This document shows positions 13,361-31,404 of a DNA stretch of 64,000 nt, piece after piece. The number at the start of each line of letters is the position of its first letter. Position 1 is the stretch's first letter. The translations under genes were made by a program, and so were the position numbers. Below the pieces are notes generated by a model that was not told the origin of the DNA, made no database searches, and saw only the letters and a list, made by a program, of their open reading frames with translations. Source of the stretch: the human T2T-CHM13v2.0 reference genome, Homo sapiens; NCBI RefSeq assembly GCF_009914755.1, contig NC_060931.1, one strand, 5' to 3'.

Positions 13361-13619
13361 TTTTTTTCTGAGACAGTGGTGTGATCATGGCTCACTGCAG
13401 CCTTGACTTCCCAGACTCAGGTGATCCTCCCGCCTCAGCCTACCAAGTAGCTGAGACTATAGGCACATGCCACCGTGCCAGGCTGATTTTTGTATTTTTT
13501 GTAGAGATGAGGTTTCACCATGTTGTCCAGTCTGGTCTCAAACTCCTGGGCTCAAGCGATCCACTCACCTCAGCCTCCCAAAGTGCTGGGATTACAGATG
13601 TGAGCCACTGCACTCAGCC
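13361..13619 (-). mobile_element. AluJ
   Basis: Reverse Alu with a deletion near its 3' end. Confidence 0.9.
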
Positions 13620-13759
13620 AGCTACCACCTTAATATTTTATGAGGGAAGGTCCCCCGTTTTACAGACGGACTTCAGGTTCAGAAACGTGCCCTTGTCCCA
13701 GAGCAAGAAAAACTTAAGCTATTCCTTCTAATATGCTGTAATGTTTTTAGGCAACATAA

Positions 13760-14070
<311 letters not shown>

Positions 14071-14598
14071 CCTAAACTTCTTATATTCTTTAGAGATGCT
14101 TGCAAATGTATGATTACAAATCTCTAGATCAAAGGTCCATGAGGCATGAATATATTTCTACACCTCATTTTTTATTTCCCAATGCCTGCTACAGTGCTGA
14201 GTAATCAATAAAAATGAGTTCCATAAACAAACAATATTACAATCCATATAGCTAAATGTTAACAGGAAAAGACTCTCTCAGGAAAAAGGTCACAGGCTGA
14301 ACTAAAGAAGTAGTCTCAGAATTAATTCTCAATTGTCAGTACAAAATGAACAAAATTATAACATATACAAATATAAGAAATATTAATTTTTAACAGCTTT
14401 ATTGAACTACATAAAATAAGCTACACATGGAGTATATAATTTGATAAGTTTTGTCATGAGAATGCACCAATGACACCATCACCACAATTAAGCTAATGAA
14501 CATAAACACATCCATCACCCCCAAATTTTCTCATATCCTTTTATAATCCCTGCCCCCTGCCACTCCCCACCTCCCCCTGATTCCCAGTCAGCCACTGA

Positions 14599-15955
<1,357 letters not shown>

Positions 15956-16994
15956 GATGGATTTTCTAGAACATTATACAAATGGATTGTGTGATATATA
16001 CTCTTGTTTTTGTCTGGCTTCTGTTATCTAGCACAACTATTTTGAGATTAGATTGAATCGCTATTGGACTGCATCCATTCACCTGCAAACAATCTATGTT
16101 GTTCCCAATTTGTGGCTATTAAAAATAAAATAGTCATAAATGCTCATGTACAAGTCTGTGTAGACCTATGCGATCATTTCTTTTGGGAAATACATAGGTC
16201 ATATGGTAGATACCTGTTTAACATTTTAAGAAACTGCCAAAATGTTTTCCAAAGTGGTTGTATTTTACAGTCTCTCACCAGCAGAGATCAAGTTCATCCA
16301 CATTTTCACTAAAAATAATATTTTAACCATTCTGGCAGGTACACAGGAATATCTTATTGCTGTTTTAATTCCCATTTATCTAATAAATAATGATGTGAAC
16401 ATCTGTTCATGAGCTTATTTGCCATCTATTCATGTCTTTTTTAGCTAAGTATCTCTTCAAATCTGTTGCCCATTTTTTCATTTTTTTTTAATTACTGAGT
16501 TTGACAAGTTCTTTATGGGCTCTGAATACAACTCCTTTATAAGGTATGTGATTTGTCAATATTTTCTCCCAGTCTGTAGACTCTCTTTATTCTCTTAACA
16601 GTATCTTTAAAAGAACAAAATTTATTAGAAGTCCAATTTATCCATTTTTTTCTTTTATGGATTGTGCTTTCGCTATCCTACCTAAAAAATTATGGCCTAG
16701 TTCAATGTTACAAAGACTTTCTCCTACATTTTCTTCTACAAGTTTCATAGTTTTAGGATTTACATTTAAGTCGATGATCCCTTGAGTTACAATTTGCGAA
16801 TGGTGCCAGGTATGGACTGAAGTTCATTTTTTGCCTATAATTAAAAAATTGTTCTAGCACCATTTGTTTAAAAAAAAATCATCTTCCCACTAAATTCCCT
16901 TGGCACCTTTGTCAAAAATCAATTGACAATATATGTATGTATCTAATCCTGGACAGTCTATTCTGCTGATTTGATCTGTTTATCTTTATGCTAA

Positions 16995-17303
<309 letters not shown>

Positions 17304-17528
17304 CACACCACACAGTCTTGATTACTGTAGCTTTAAAAGAGTCTTTAGGTCAGATGGTCAATCCTCTAACTTTGTTATCTTTCAAAGTTGTTTAGGCTAT
17401 TCTAAGTCCATAGAATTTGCATCCGAATTTTAGATCAGCTTGTCAATTTCTACAAAGTATGCTGGAATCTTGACAGGCATGGTGTTGAATCTCTATCAAT
17501 TTGAAGAGAGCTGACCTCTTAATATTGC

Positions 17529-17895
17529 TGTTACAGACTGAATGCTTCTGTCCCCACCCCCAAATTCATAACTGAAACCCTAATCCTCAGTGTGATGGTC
17601 GTTAGAGACGGGAGCCCTTGGGGGTAGTTAGGTCACAAGAGGGCAATCCTCATGATGGGATGGTGCCCCTATAGGAGGAGACAGAAGAGAGTTTGCTTTC
17701 TCTGTCTCTGCTCTCAGCCATGGAAGGATGCGAGGAGACAACCATCCGTGAGCCAAGAATAGGGTCCTCATCAAGAACCCAACCATGGTGGCACCCTGAT
17801 ATGGGACTTTCAGCCTCCAGAACTGTAAAAAATATTTGTTTTGTATTGTAAGCCACCCAGTCTATGGTATTGTTATAGCAGCCCAAACTGATAAA
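17529..17895 (+). mobile_element. MaLR solo LTR (MLT1A/B-like)
   Basis: TGTTACAGACTGAATG...CAGCCTCCAGAACTGT...TTATAGCAGCCCAAACTGA. Confidence 0.85.
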
Positions 17896-18384
17896 GTGTC
17901 TTCGAATCCATGAACACAGTATCTGTCTCCACTTATTGTGGTACTCTTTAATTTCTCTCAACAATGTCTTACAGTTTATAGTACTTAGGTCTCACGCATC
18001 CCTAAGTATTTCGTATTTTTGATGCTATTGCATATAAGTGATATTGGGTTGTAAATTCAATTTCCAATTATTAACTGCCAGTATATAGAAATATAATTGT
18101 TGTATATTGATCTTCTATCCTGCAGCCTTGAAGAATTTACTTACTGGTTCCAATAGCTTTTTTATAACAGATCCCATCAGAATTTCCGCATAGAAAATAT
18201 CATCTGTGAAATAGTTTTACTGTTTCCTTTCCAACTTCAGTGACTTATTTTTTTTAAAAAAACCTCCAGAATGATGTTACATAGAAGTGGTAAGAACAGA
18301 TGTCCTTGCCTTGTTCCTGATCTCAGGGGGAAAGCATCCAGTCTTTCACCATTAAGTATGATGTTATCAGTAGGTTTTTTGTAG

Positions 18385-18714
<330 letters not shown>

Positions 18715-21141
18715 TAGGATGAGAACATCCCATTTCAGGCCTACTTTGCTGAGAGATTTTACCAGAAATGGATACTGAATTTTGTCATATGCTTTTTCTG
18801 CATGTATTGTTACGACCATATGACTTTTTTTTTCTAGCACGTTAATAAAATCACATGGATTGGCTTTGCAAAAGTCATGATGTATTATCATTTTTATACA
18901 GTGTTACATTTGATTCGCTAAAATTGTATTTAGAACTTAAGCATCTATGTTCGTGACACTGGCCTGTCATGAAACTTTCAGTTTTCATGTATTGTCTGCC
19001 TGGTTTTGGTATGAGGGTAATGCTGACCTCAGTGAATTAGGAAATGTTCCCACATCTTCAATTTTCTAGAAGAATCTGTGCAGAACTGCTATTATTTCTT
19101 CCTTAACTATATGATAGAACTGACAGTAAATCCTCCTGGCCTAAAGCTTTATTTGTGAGAATGTTTCTAACATTCCCAGAATATTTGAGAAGGCTTTAAT
19201 AGTTTTTGCCTGTTAAGGAAATTTGTCCATTTCTCTAAGTTGTTGAATTTGTTGGATAAAGGTGTTCATAATATGCAATTATTATCCTTTTAATCACTGT
19301 TCAATATGTAGTGATGTCACCTCTCTCATTCCTAATACTGGCAATTGTCTCTTCTTTTTTGCTGATCATTCTGGCATTGTTTATCAATTTCAGTGTTCTT
19401 CTTGGTGATTTCCTGTTTTCTATTTCATTGATTTCCTCTCTCAAGATTTTTAAAGAAAGATTTCCCTTCTTTGGGATCTATTCGTTGACTCTGCAGAAAC
19501 TGATTTGGGGCCTTTTTTCTGTTGTAATACAGGTATTTCGTGCTATACATTGACCTTTAAAAACTTTTTAGACACATCCCGCAAATATTAAAATGTTTTA
19601 TTTTCATTTCATTCAGTTCAAAGCACTTTCAAATTTCCCTTTTGATTATTCTTTGACCAGTGAGTTATTGTAAAGTATGTTATCAATTACCAAATACTCA
19701 GGGATCTTCTAGATTGTTTCTAGGTAAGTTTTCTGACACTTATTTAATTTCATTGTCCTTACAGAGTGTATCTTGTATGACTTAAAATCCTAAAATGTAT
19801 TGAGACTTATTTTATGGCAAAGAATGTGATCTCTCTTGGTAAATGCCCACATTGTACTGGAAAAGAATATGTATTCTATTCTTGGATGTTCTATAAATGT
19901 TAATTAGGTCAAGTCAGTTGATAGTATTATTCAAATCTTCTATATCGTGATTTTTTCTTCTATATGTTCTATCAATTATTGAAAGAAGGGTGTTGAAATA
20001 TCTGAATGTAATTGTGATTCTGACTACACTTTCCGTTTTTGCTTCATGTACTTAATATATGTCATTAGGCAGATATATGCTAAGTATCATTAGGCTCTTT
20101 GGGTGAACAAACCACTTCAACATGATGAAATGATCTTCTTTATGACTGGTAATATTCTTTGCCCTTGTCTGATAATCATATAGCCACTCCAACTTTGCTC
20201 TGTTTAAAATTAGCATGGTGTATCTTTTTTCTCCTACTGCCATTGACCTAGTTTTGTCTTTACAGTGGGTATCCTGCAAGCAGATATACTTCAGTCTTGC
20301 TTTTATATTCAATTTGATAATCTCTGCCTTTTAGTTGTAGTGTTTAGAACATTACATTTAAAGTGATTATTGATATAGTTAGCTTTAAATCTATCAACTT
20401 GCTTTTTGTTTTCTATTTGCCCCATGTGTTAGCTTCCCTTCTTCTATGTTCCCACAGATTAAGTATTTTTTATGATTCTAGTTTATTTCCTTTGTTTACT
20501 TATTCACTATATCTCTGTTGGGCTATTTCTGGTTTGTCTTCAGGTTTATCATATACACCTTTAACTCATCACAATCTGCCTTCAGATGATTTTATTGGCT
20601 GCTCTGCCAATGAAATAGCCATTCCTTTTATTCCTTTACTTTCTTAATAAACTTGCTGTCACTTAGAAAAAAAAAGATAACACTTCACGTAGAGCATGAG
20701 AACTTCACAACAGTGTGCTTCCGTGGCTTTCCTCCTGTGTGTTATCGTTGTCATATAACTTACTTGTACATCTATAATAAAATTCATAATACATTGTTAC
20801 TACTTTTTAAACAGCCAATTATCTTTTCTAAACACAGGATTTTTAAAAAGCTTCTCTACCTATAAACTGCTGCTTCTAGTGCTCTTCATTTCATTTTGTA
20901 GAGTTAGGAAATGAGTTAAGATATATTCCCTCGGGTTTGTTTAGCTCACGGTTCCTAGATATCTATCTCCTACCCACCTCCTACCACATGAAGGACAACC
21001 TGTAACATTTTTTAATGTACAGCTCTGCTGATGATGAATTTTTATCTTTTGTGTATCTGACACTATCACTATTTTGCCTTTGTTTTGAAAAATATTTTCA
21101 CTGGGGATAAAACTAGACTGGCTGGGATTTTTCTTTTAGTA

Positions 21142-21473
21142 CAATCCTCCCTCAGTGTCTGTAGGGGATTGGTTCCAAGACCTCCCATAGATACTAAAAT
21201 CCACAGATGCTCAAGTCCCTTATGTAAAATGGCATGGTATTTGCATATAACCTATGCATATCCTCCTATATACTTTAAATCATCCATAGATTACTTACAA
21301 TACCTAATACAGTGTAAATCTATGTAAATAATTATACTATATTGTTTAGGGAATAAGAAGAAAAAACTCTGTACATGCTCACTATAAACACAACCATCTT
21401 TTTTTCCAATATTTGTGATCCGTGGTTGGTTGAATCTACAGATCTAGAATCCACAGATCCAGAGGGCTGACTA
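21142..21473 (+). mobile_element. MER2 (TcMar-Tigger non-autonomous)
   Basis: GGGGATTGGTTCCAAGACC...GATGCTCAAGTCCCTTAT...; degenerate TIRs. Confidence 0.85.
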
Positions 21474-21799
21474 CACTGTTGCTACACTGTCACAACGTCA
21501 TCTGGCTTGCATTGTTTCCCACCAGAAACATGCTGTGATTCTTATTATTGCTCCTCTGAACTTAACGTGTCTCTTTTTGTAGATGCATTTAAGATTTTCT
21601 CTTTATCACTGATTTTGAGCCATCAGATTACATGCGTTGGTACAGTTTTCCTCATGTTTCTTGTACATAGAACTGGTTAAGCTTCTAAAATCAGTGGGTT
21701 TATAGTTCTCATCAATTTTGAAATGTTTCTGCCATTAAGTTTCCAAATATTTTTCTCAACTCCCCTCCTTTAGAAACACCAACTACATCACTGATACCC

Positions 21800-22905
<1,106 letters not shown>

Positions 22906-23118
22906 TGAATAGTTTTCTATTGCTATGTCCTCAAATTCATTAATCTCTTCTGCAATGTCTAATCTGCTATTAATCTACTGTTTTATATACTTTCACATCA
23001 CATGCTATAGTTTTCATCTCTAGAATTTTGTTTTTTTTACATCTTTTACATCTCAGTATGTTCAACATTTCCTCTAAGTTTCTGGAACATATGGAATAGT
23101 TATAAGAATTGTTTTCCT

Positions 23119-23447
<329 letters not shown>

Positions 23448-23449
23448 TC

Positions 23450-24460
23450 AGTTGCAGACTCAAGGTAGGCATAGTGGACAAGGTCCCCATGCCTGAATCC
23501 CCAGCCTTCTGTGAGTATGTTGCATGGTGTACTGGTTTTCTGGAACTGAGGAAACAAAGCACCACAAACCGAATGGCTTCAAGCAACAGAAATCTACTCT
23601 CTTACAGTTCCAGGGACTAGAAGTCTGAAATCAAGGTGTCAGCAGGACCACGCTCCTTCCAAAGTCTCCAGGGAAGAATCCTTCCTACTATCTGCGGGTG
23701 GCTGCCTGCAATCTTTGGCATTCCTGGGCTTGCTGATGCCCTTATTCCATGCTTGGCCTCTGTCTTCACACAGCTTTCTTCCCTGTGTGTCTGTGTCTCT
23801 GCTTTATGTTTTTAGGGGGATACCAGTCTTTGGATTTGGGTCTTCGCTAATCTAAGATGACTTCATCTTCACTAATTATGTCTACAAGGACTGTTATTTC
23901 CAAATAAGTTCACATCCTGATGTTCTGAGTGAACCTGAATTTTGGGGGAACACGATACTACTCACCTCAGTACATATGGCAAAAAGGACTTGGCAGGTGT
24001 AATTAAGGTTATGGACCTTCAAATAGGAAGACAGCAAGACCATTTTGGATTATCCAGGTGGCCATAATCTAATTACATGAGCCTTTCATGTGATTTTTAA
24101 ACACACAGAGAGAGAGAGAGAGAGACAGCAAGAGGGAGAGAGGGAGAGAAAACACAAGAGCGCAGAGGACTTTCTCCAGCTGCAGTCAGAAAGATGCAGC
24201 AGAAGGCAAGTCAGAGAAAAACTTGACCCACCTTTGTTAGAGGGTATCACATGGAAGAGAAAAGAGGCAAGCAACCTCTAGAAACAAAGGCTAGCACCTG
24301 GCTGAGAGGTAGGAAGGAAATGAGGGCCTCAGTCCTAAAACTACAAAGAACCAAATTCAGCCAACAGTCTGAAACCAAATTCTTCCCCGGGGCCTCCAAT
24401 GAGGAAGGCAACACTGTGAACATCTTGATTTCAGCCTGTAAGACTCTACACAGAGGGCCT
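23450..24460 (+). mobile_element. MLT1-type LTR with a second, reverse MLT1 LTR nested at 23528-23974
   Basis: Outer element has GGATTATCCAGGTGGCC...AATCTAAT. Inner element is TG...CA flanked by a CATGG/TATGG 5-bp TSD. Confidence 0.75.
24105..24148. repeat. (GA)n microsatellite
   Basis: Directly visible. Confidence 0.85.
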
Positions 24461-24889
24461 TCATTTGCCAAAAACAGAACACCAGTTTAGTAAGGTTTTA
24501 CTACGGAAAACGTTCGAACTGAGAAAATGATATCCCATTAATTCTACCCATCAGTGTAAAACAAAATGATTCTCTGTGCAGCAGTCTCCTTTCCAGTACT
24601 CTGCCTGGTACACTCTAGCCCCCTTGGTCTCTCAAAACTCCTGGGTTCTCAACCCAGAACACTGCTCAGCTCCACCTGGGTTCCCCCTCTCTGTACTGCA
24701 GTGTGGAAATTCTCTCAAGGCAGCACCTTGTTTGCCCCCATCTCTGGGGATTATTGTCCTTCTTTGCCTATAGTTTCTCAAAAACCTAGTCATTTCAGGT
24801 GGGAGGGTATATATCCAGTCCACCTTACTCCACCTTAGCCAGACTATTTAGCTTTTAAAGTGTTTCTCTACCAACACTTGAATATTGGC

Positions 24890-25012
24890 TTTTTGTTGTT
24901 TGTAGATACAGGGTCTCGTTTTGTTGCTCAGGCTGGTCTTGATCTGGCTTCAAGCAATCCTCCCACCTCGGCCTCCCAAAATGTTGGGATTACAGGCTCA
25001 CCACACCTGGCC
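24890..25012 (-). mobile_element. FLAM/Alu left monomer
   Basis: Single reverse Alu arm. Confidence 0.85.
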
Positions 25013-26663
25013 TAATTTTTCATACTCCACGTCTGAGCCTTAGTCCTCAATAATACAGAAAAAGCTCTGGGCATAAAACATCAGCAAAGAGTGCTTGTTC
25101 TTCACTACCTATCTATCCTAATGGATTTGTTGATCATAGAAAAAATGTTTTAAAACTGTAGTTACCTACTCTATTTCAAGTTGGCCTCCCCAAATACTTA
25201 TTGATATCCTTGCCCCTTGTTTAATTCTCTCAACATACAACTCAACAACAAAACAAAGTCTGTTTATTACTAAAAGAGTAAGCCTCAACTCCTATGTCTT
25301 AGTTTTCTCTTACTAGATGGAATACTGCTCCCTATTGTGAAATATACGTTCTCTTCATTCTCTTGCCCCAAATTCCTAAAACCTAACTATTCCAGTATAC
25401 ATTTCTACAGTGGGCCTCCAAGATGCTTCACAGATATCATCAAGCTTATTCTTTTTCTCCTTTTCCCACATTCTTTCTATTATGTTCTTTGATACACTCA
25501 GAAAATAAAGTCTACTCAAATGATGTTGTATTAGAAAATTTTAAAATAATAATGAAATAATTGCAAAGCCTCACTTTGGTTAAGTTCCTTTACACTGTTC
25601 AATACCTGCTACTTTGAATCCACATTCAGAAAAAACACCATCTCTTGAAGAAAAAAAGTCCTAGTTTTTTTTTATCTTTTCCAGACAAAGAATTGTTTTA
25701 GACTGAAATAACCTCTTTCCTCTAACAAACTAAAATACATATTTATTTCAATACTTAAGCAGAACAGATACAATTGTAAGAATCTAAAATTAAAATCTGT
25801 TCAAAACAAATAAAACCTTGCTCTTATTTTAGTGCACCAAGAATAAGATACAGAGCAGAAGAGAACCTAAGATCCCCTTAGCCAACGCACCCATAAACTG
25901 AACTTTTTCTTAAAAGAGACTCAATAAATTCCTCACAAATTCCACAACTTACAAATGGTAGCCCTGGGATTAAATCCCAGATCTCTTTTTCTTTCTACAT
26001 ATGACTGAATAATGTCTCATACTTAACATTCTGGGTGAAAAAGGAACAATGTTTTGAGTTTTCTTAATATTATCTGCCAAAAAGAATATATTAGTTTAGT
26101 AAGATTTTACTAAGGGAAATAATGAATATGATATTCCATTAATTCTATCAACATAAAACAAAATGCTTAACTGAGCCTGCAATCAGTTTTGTAAAATGGA
26201 ACAAAACATGTCTGCATTTGTTTTCTCAGTTGTTTACATGTAGGTGTGTACATGTACAAGCAAGGCTTCTTAAAACACCAGGACATCTTTCAACTACAGA
26301 AAGGTTTTTAAAAATCTAATTTCAGTAAAATATTGAATATATTAGATCTATTTAGTGTACTATAATGTACTCTAACAAAATCAAGGTATTCACACAATTT
26401 GTGATTTTTAAAACCTCACCAGTTCTCAATGGCAGATAGCTAAGTGCGTAGCACTTTACGTCTAACAGCCTGGATTTGCACCTATCACAAATACGTGACC
26501 TTGAAGAGGGACTGCAACTCTGTCACTCAGTTTCCTCAGGTATGCAATAGGCTATAATTCACAGGGCTCTTATGAAGAACAGAAGATAAATTAACACCCA
26601 ATATGTTAAACAAATGTCAGTGCCTCTTCCCTGCCCTGTCTCAACATCATAAAAATGGTACAA

Positions 26664-26965
<302 letters not shown>

Positions 26966-27647
26966 GTACAAAAAAACTGAAAAGTTCTGACATACACCAG
27001 CATTTAGACCATATAACAACAACAAAATGATGCAGGTTGTAACTACAGTTAGCTCTCAACCCTTTCCTTAAAGAATTATTCTCATTAATTTCACTAAAAA
27101 AAAAAATTTAACCAGCAAAACCTATATACATAGGTGTTATTGAAAATATTTTAAAATGACAATGACAAAAACCAGGCATAGAAAATCAACTGCAAATAAA
27201 TACCCCAACTAATTAACAATATCAATGTAGCACAACTGTGCGTGATTTTTTTGTCTGGATATTCTAAGTTTTCTGTAAGAAGCATATAAAGTCCTCTAAA
27301 ATTCACAAAGCATATATTTAAACATCTTTGTGAAACTCAAAATTCCCCACATCCCTGTATCATACAGTTTCCCCCATAAAATGAATTAAAAGGGCAGAAA
27401 ATAATAAAGCTAAACTGAGATGGGGATGCTGAGCTAGGCTCACTCATTAGCCACGTGGCTCACTTTACTTACTAGTTTCTCTGAGTGCACAGTTTAGATT
27501 TTAGCCTCAGCAAAATTACAAATTACCACGTGTTGGGGAGCCTCAAATATTGCTCTCAAATTGTTGTAACCATGAATATAAATCCTCAAATACTAAGGGT
27601 CCACTATGCTTTTATATTCAGAAGAAAAAAAGTTTAAAATCTATTTC

Positions 27648-27852
27648 TAACTTTTAACATCCAGAGAAGAATTTGAATTTTACTGTATAAAAGGGACATG
27701 TATGATTAAAAAGATAAATTCTGGAGCATAAAAGAAGGCTCTTTCTATTGTTATTGATCCATAAACATACATGCTTCCAGAATTTATCTTTCTAATCATA
27801 CATGTCCCTTTTATACAGTAAAATTCAAATTCTTCTCTAGATGTCAAAGTTA
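27648..27852. repeat. Long inverted repeat (arms ~82 bp, spacer 41 bp)
   Basis: 27648-27729 is the reverse complement of 27771-27852 with about 5 differences. Confidence 0.95.
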
Positions 27853-27963
27853 AAAAAATAAAACTTTGCCTTAGGCAATGCTCACAAATCACTAAAAAGT
27901 ATCTCTTCTGACTAACCAATACACTTACTTTTATTAAAACAAAGATAGTTTATCAAAAGCTAA

Positions 27964-28269
<306 letters not shown>

Positions 28270-28946
28270 TGAATCAAGAAGGGTTCCAAATACCAGTTAA
28301 TTTAGTTTGTCAAGAAATTAGATGCCTGTTTCATGTACTGATCAACCAGCTTTTTTCAACCTAGGTAATTAAATGCAAAATAATAAGTTTATTAGCCAGA
28401 ATAAATAAATGTGAAAATTTCAGACTCAACTTACGCTAATCTAATACAATTTGCAATATATAAGAAAGTAAAAATACTATGAGAAGAACATCTAATACAT
28501 AGACATAATAATGTATCTAAGATATATTGCTAAGTAGTAATTACATTCTTGGCAATTTTGCAAAGCTTAGTAAATTTCTAACATTTTATAAATATACATC
28601 AACATACACACATACATATTCCTTAATAATATTCTATAATTTTGATAAATCATTCTTAAAAATTACTGTTAGGGCCAACACATATATTTCATTATACATT
28701 ATTTCATATTAATTTGTAAAATAAATATTAATCAAATCGCTCTGCTTTAGAAAGGTAAAATTACATATTTCCATATAGTAGTCAAACCCTAAAAAATTCA
28801 GCAACACTATAACAGAAACCTATTTGAAAGATATCCAATGCCCATCCCCAGAAAAGGTATTTGAATTTAAAGTTATTTAACTGTGGTTTAAAATAAAACA
28901 AAACAAGACTGAATTTCCAGATCACCATAGGATGCATTAACTTCTA

Positions 28947-28960
28947 GCTCCATCTGCTGG
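28947..28960 (-). promoter_or_regulatory. CTCF motif
   Basis: Minus strand CCAGCAGATGGAGC, 13/14 match to CCASYAGRKGGCRS. Confidence 0.7.
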
Positions 28961-29276
28961 AGTTACAAAATATTTCAAACTACAATATACAATACTATAG
29001 AGGAAATAATTTATCATTTTTCCTCACATAGACAAAAGCCTTCATGAATTTAAATTAAAAAATTAATCAGAGTTCAGCCATACTCAATAATTTCCAAAAT
29101 GACAAAAGTTCAATATTTCAGTAGAATTAAAGATCTAATCCAATTATCAAAAAGCGATTTACACAATTTTTAAAAATTCTACCAACAAAGCATAAGGCTT
29201 AGAAAAGAGATTACAGTCTGTTTTCAAGTAGTGTGAGGACTTCAGAATTATTAGCCACTGTTGATTTGGGGTAAAA

Positions 29277-29320
29277 AGAGACAGAGAGAGAGAGAGAGAG
29301 ACAGAGACAGACAGAGAGAG
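29277..29320. repeat. (GA)n/(GACA)n microsatellite
   Basis: Directly visible. Confidence 0.9.
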
Positions 29321-31404
29321 AACTTCAGAATTAGAATAGCCTCTGCTTATTTACTTAGAAGAAAAATAAATAACAACTACCAATGAAATGTGGGACTTTT
29401 TATCTTCACATAACTTTTTTCTTAAAAAACAAATAATATGTCCATTGTATAAATGCAAACACCAAATGCAATGTAAATACCAAAAAAAAATGCATATCAT
29501 AAAATCCTACAAAAAGTTAAACTCTTTGTATTTACCCTTCCAGGTATTTTTTGATGCAGCTACCTACACATGTACTCTTTTTTCTTTTTACAAAATAGGC
29601 ATTGGATCGTAAATATGGGCTTTTTTCTGGTATCTCTGTATATCAACAAATACCTACATTATCATCTATAATGTCCAGAAAAGCACTCCACTGTTTGGAT
29701 CGACAAGATATGATTAATTTCCTATCCCAAACACTAGGATTTTTCTATTTGTAATGTTATAAACAATACCTCAATATCCAGTAACTATCTTGATACACAT
29801 TATGATAAATGACTGAACTACTGAGCCCAAATGACTAGGAACATTTAGTGAACAACAGTACATTAAAATTTATTAGGGACTTACTTTTGACTTAGCATCT
29901 ATTCATAAGTAAATATAATATTTTCTTAAGTTTGACTGCTTATACTCTAAAAGTCTGGTTTTTTGGATCTTCTATGGAACTTAAAAATGAATTTTAAAAG
30001 GATGGATTTTGCATTGTTCCTTCATGATGTCCAAACAGTGTATCGCCTATTCCTGATGACAAATCAAAATAAAGCACACAGTCCTTGCAGTGACTTGTCG
30101 GATTCATTGTGGTTATATTTTAACAGACAATCTCAAACTGGGCATTCATGTCACAAATGTTTGTTTTGTCTCTATCTCTGGTCATAAGTGAGTGGACAGC
30201 TTAGCCAAAATTGGGCCCCACTGGGGAAAAATCACTCAAAAACTGAAGAATTACTTCCTGGTTTTATTTAAGGGTACAATCTAACTCCATCATTTTCCTA
30301 TCTTCCAAATTTTTATTGTTATTTAGCTCTTATTTTGATATTAAACTCACATTACTTAAAATTAGCGATTTTAAAGTGAACAATTCAGTGGCATTTGCAC
30401 TGAACTGTTCATTTGCAATGGTGTGCAACCACCACCTTTACCTAACTCCGAAACATTTTTATCACCCCCAAAAGGAAAACCCACAAAGCAGCTGTATCAT
30501 TGTTTTTCAACTTATGGAAATGAAGAGTTTCATATTTTCCTATTAATTTTTTAACAGTACACAAGATATAGAAAATGTATAGAAGTGGATACTTTATTTT
30601 TTCGGTCCATTTTTTAACCCTTTTTCCTATTTTAACAACAAAAAGAACTTACACTACCATTTTAATTTGTCATCTCTGCCCTATCCTACAACAAACTACA
30701 GTTGCTGGCATGTCATGGACCCACACTGTGTGAATGACAGAACACATCTCACAGCATCAAGCTGACAAGTGATGACAACCACCAGCCAAAACCCAGAGGC
30801 CAGAGGATCATCATCAGGTCTCCTAACTCCAATGCTCCAATGTCATTTTTCTGTATCACATTTTTCAAGCTATTTTCTCACTGCAGACAGAGATACATCT
30901 TGCTTACATGACACAGTTTACTAAGGTTATTATTTTATTTGTGTTACAAAATTCTTGCCCAGAAAAGTAAAGTAGCATTCCAAGGTAATATGGTTAACAC
31001 ATAACATCTCAAACCTGTATCCAAAATCCAAACACTATATTTAAGCCAAACTAAATATATTTGCACATACAAAAAAAAGCATTATCAACACATTTAGCCT
31101 CTAATCCATATGTGATTTACACATTAAAGGCACAATCAAAAACATCCATACTGACAATTTTATAAAATAAGCCATTAAATTTCCTTTCAAATTCACTTTT
31201 GCCAAAATATTCCTAATGATATAATTATAATGACTTTTATTCCTTCAATCAATCAATATTTATTGAACACTTTCAACATGAAAGTACTAGAACAGATGCT
31301 CCATGGGAGATTAAAGGAATCTGAACATTTTCTGAGTACTCACAGAATCCCATAAATGTCACAAAACTGTAAATGACAGATTGACAAATGAATATTAGTG
31401 ATAT

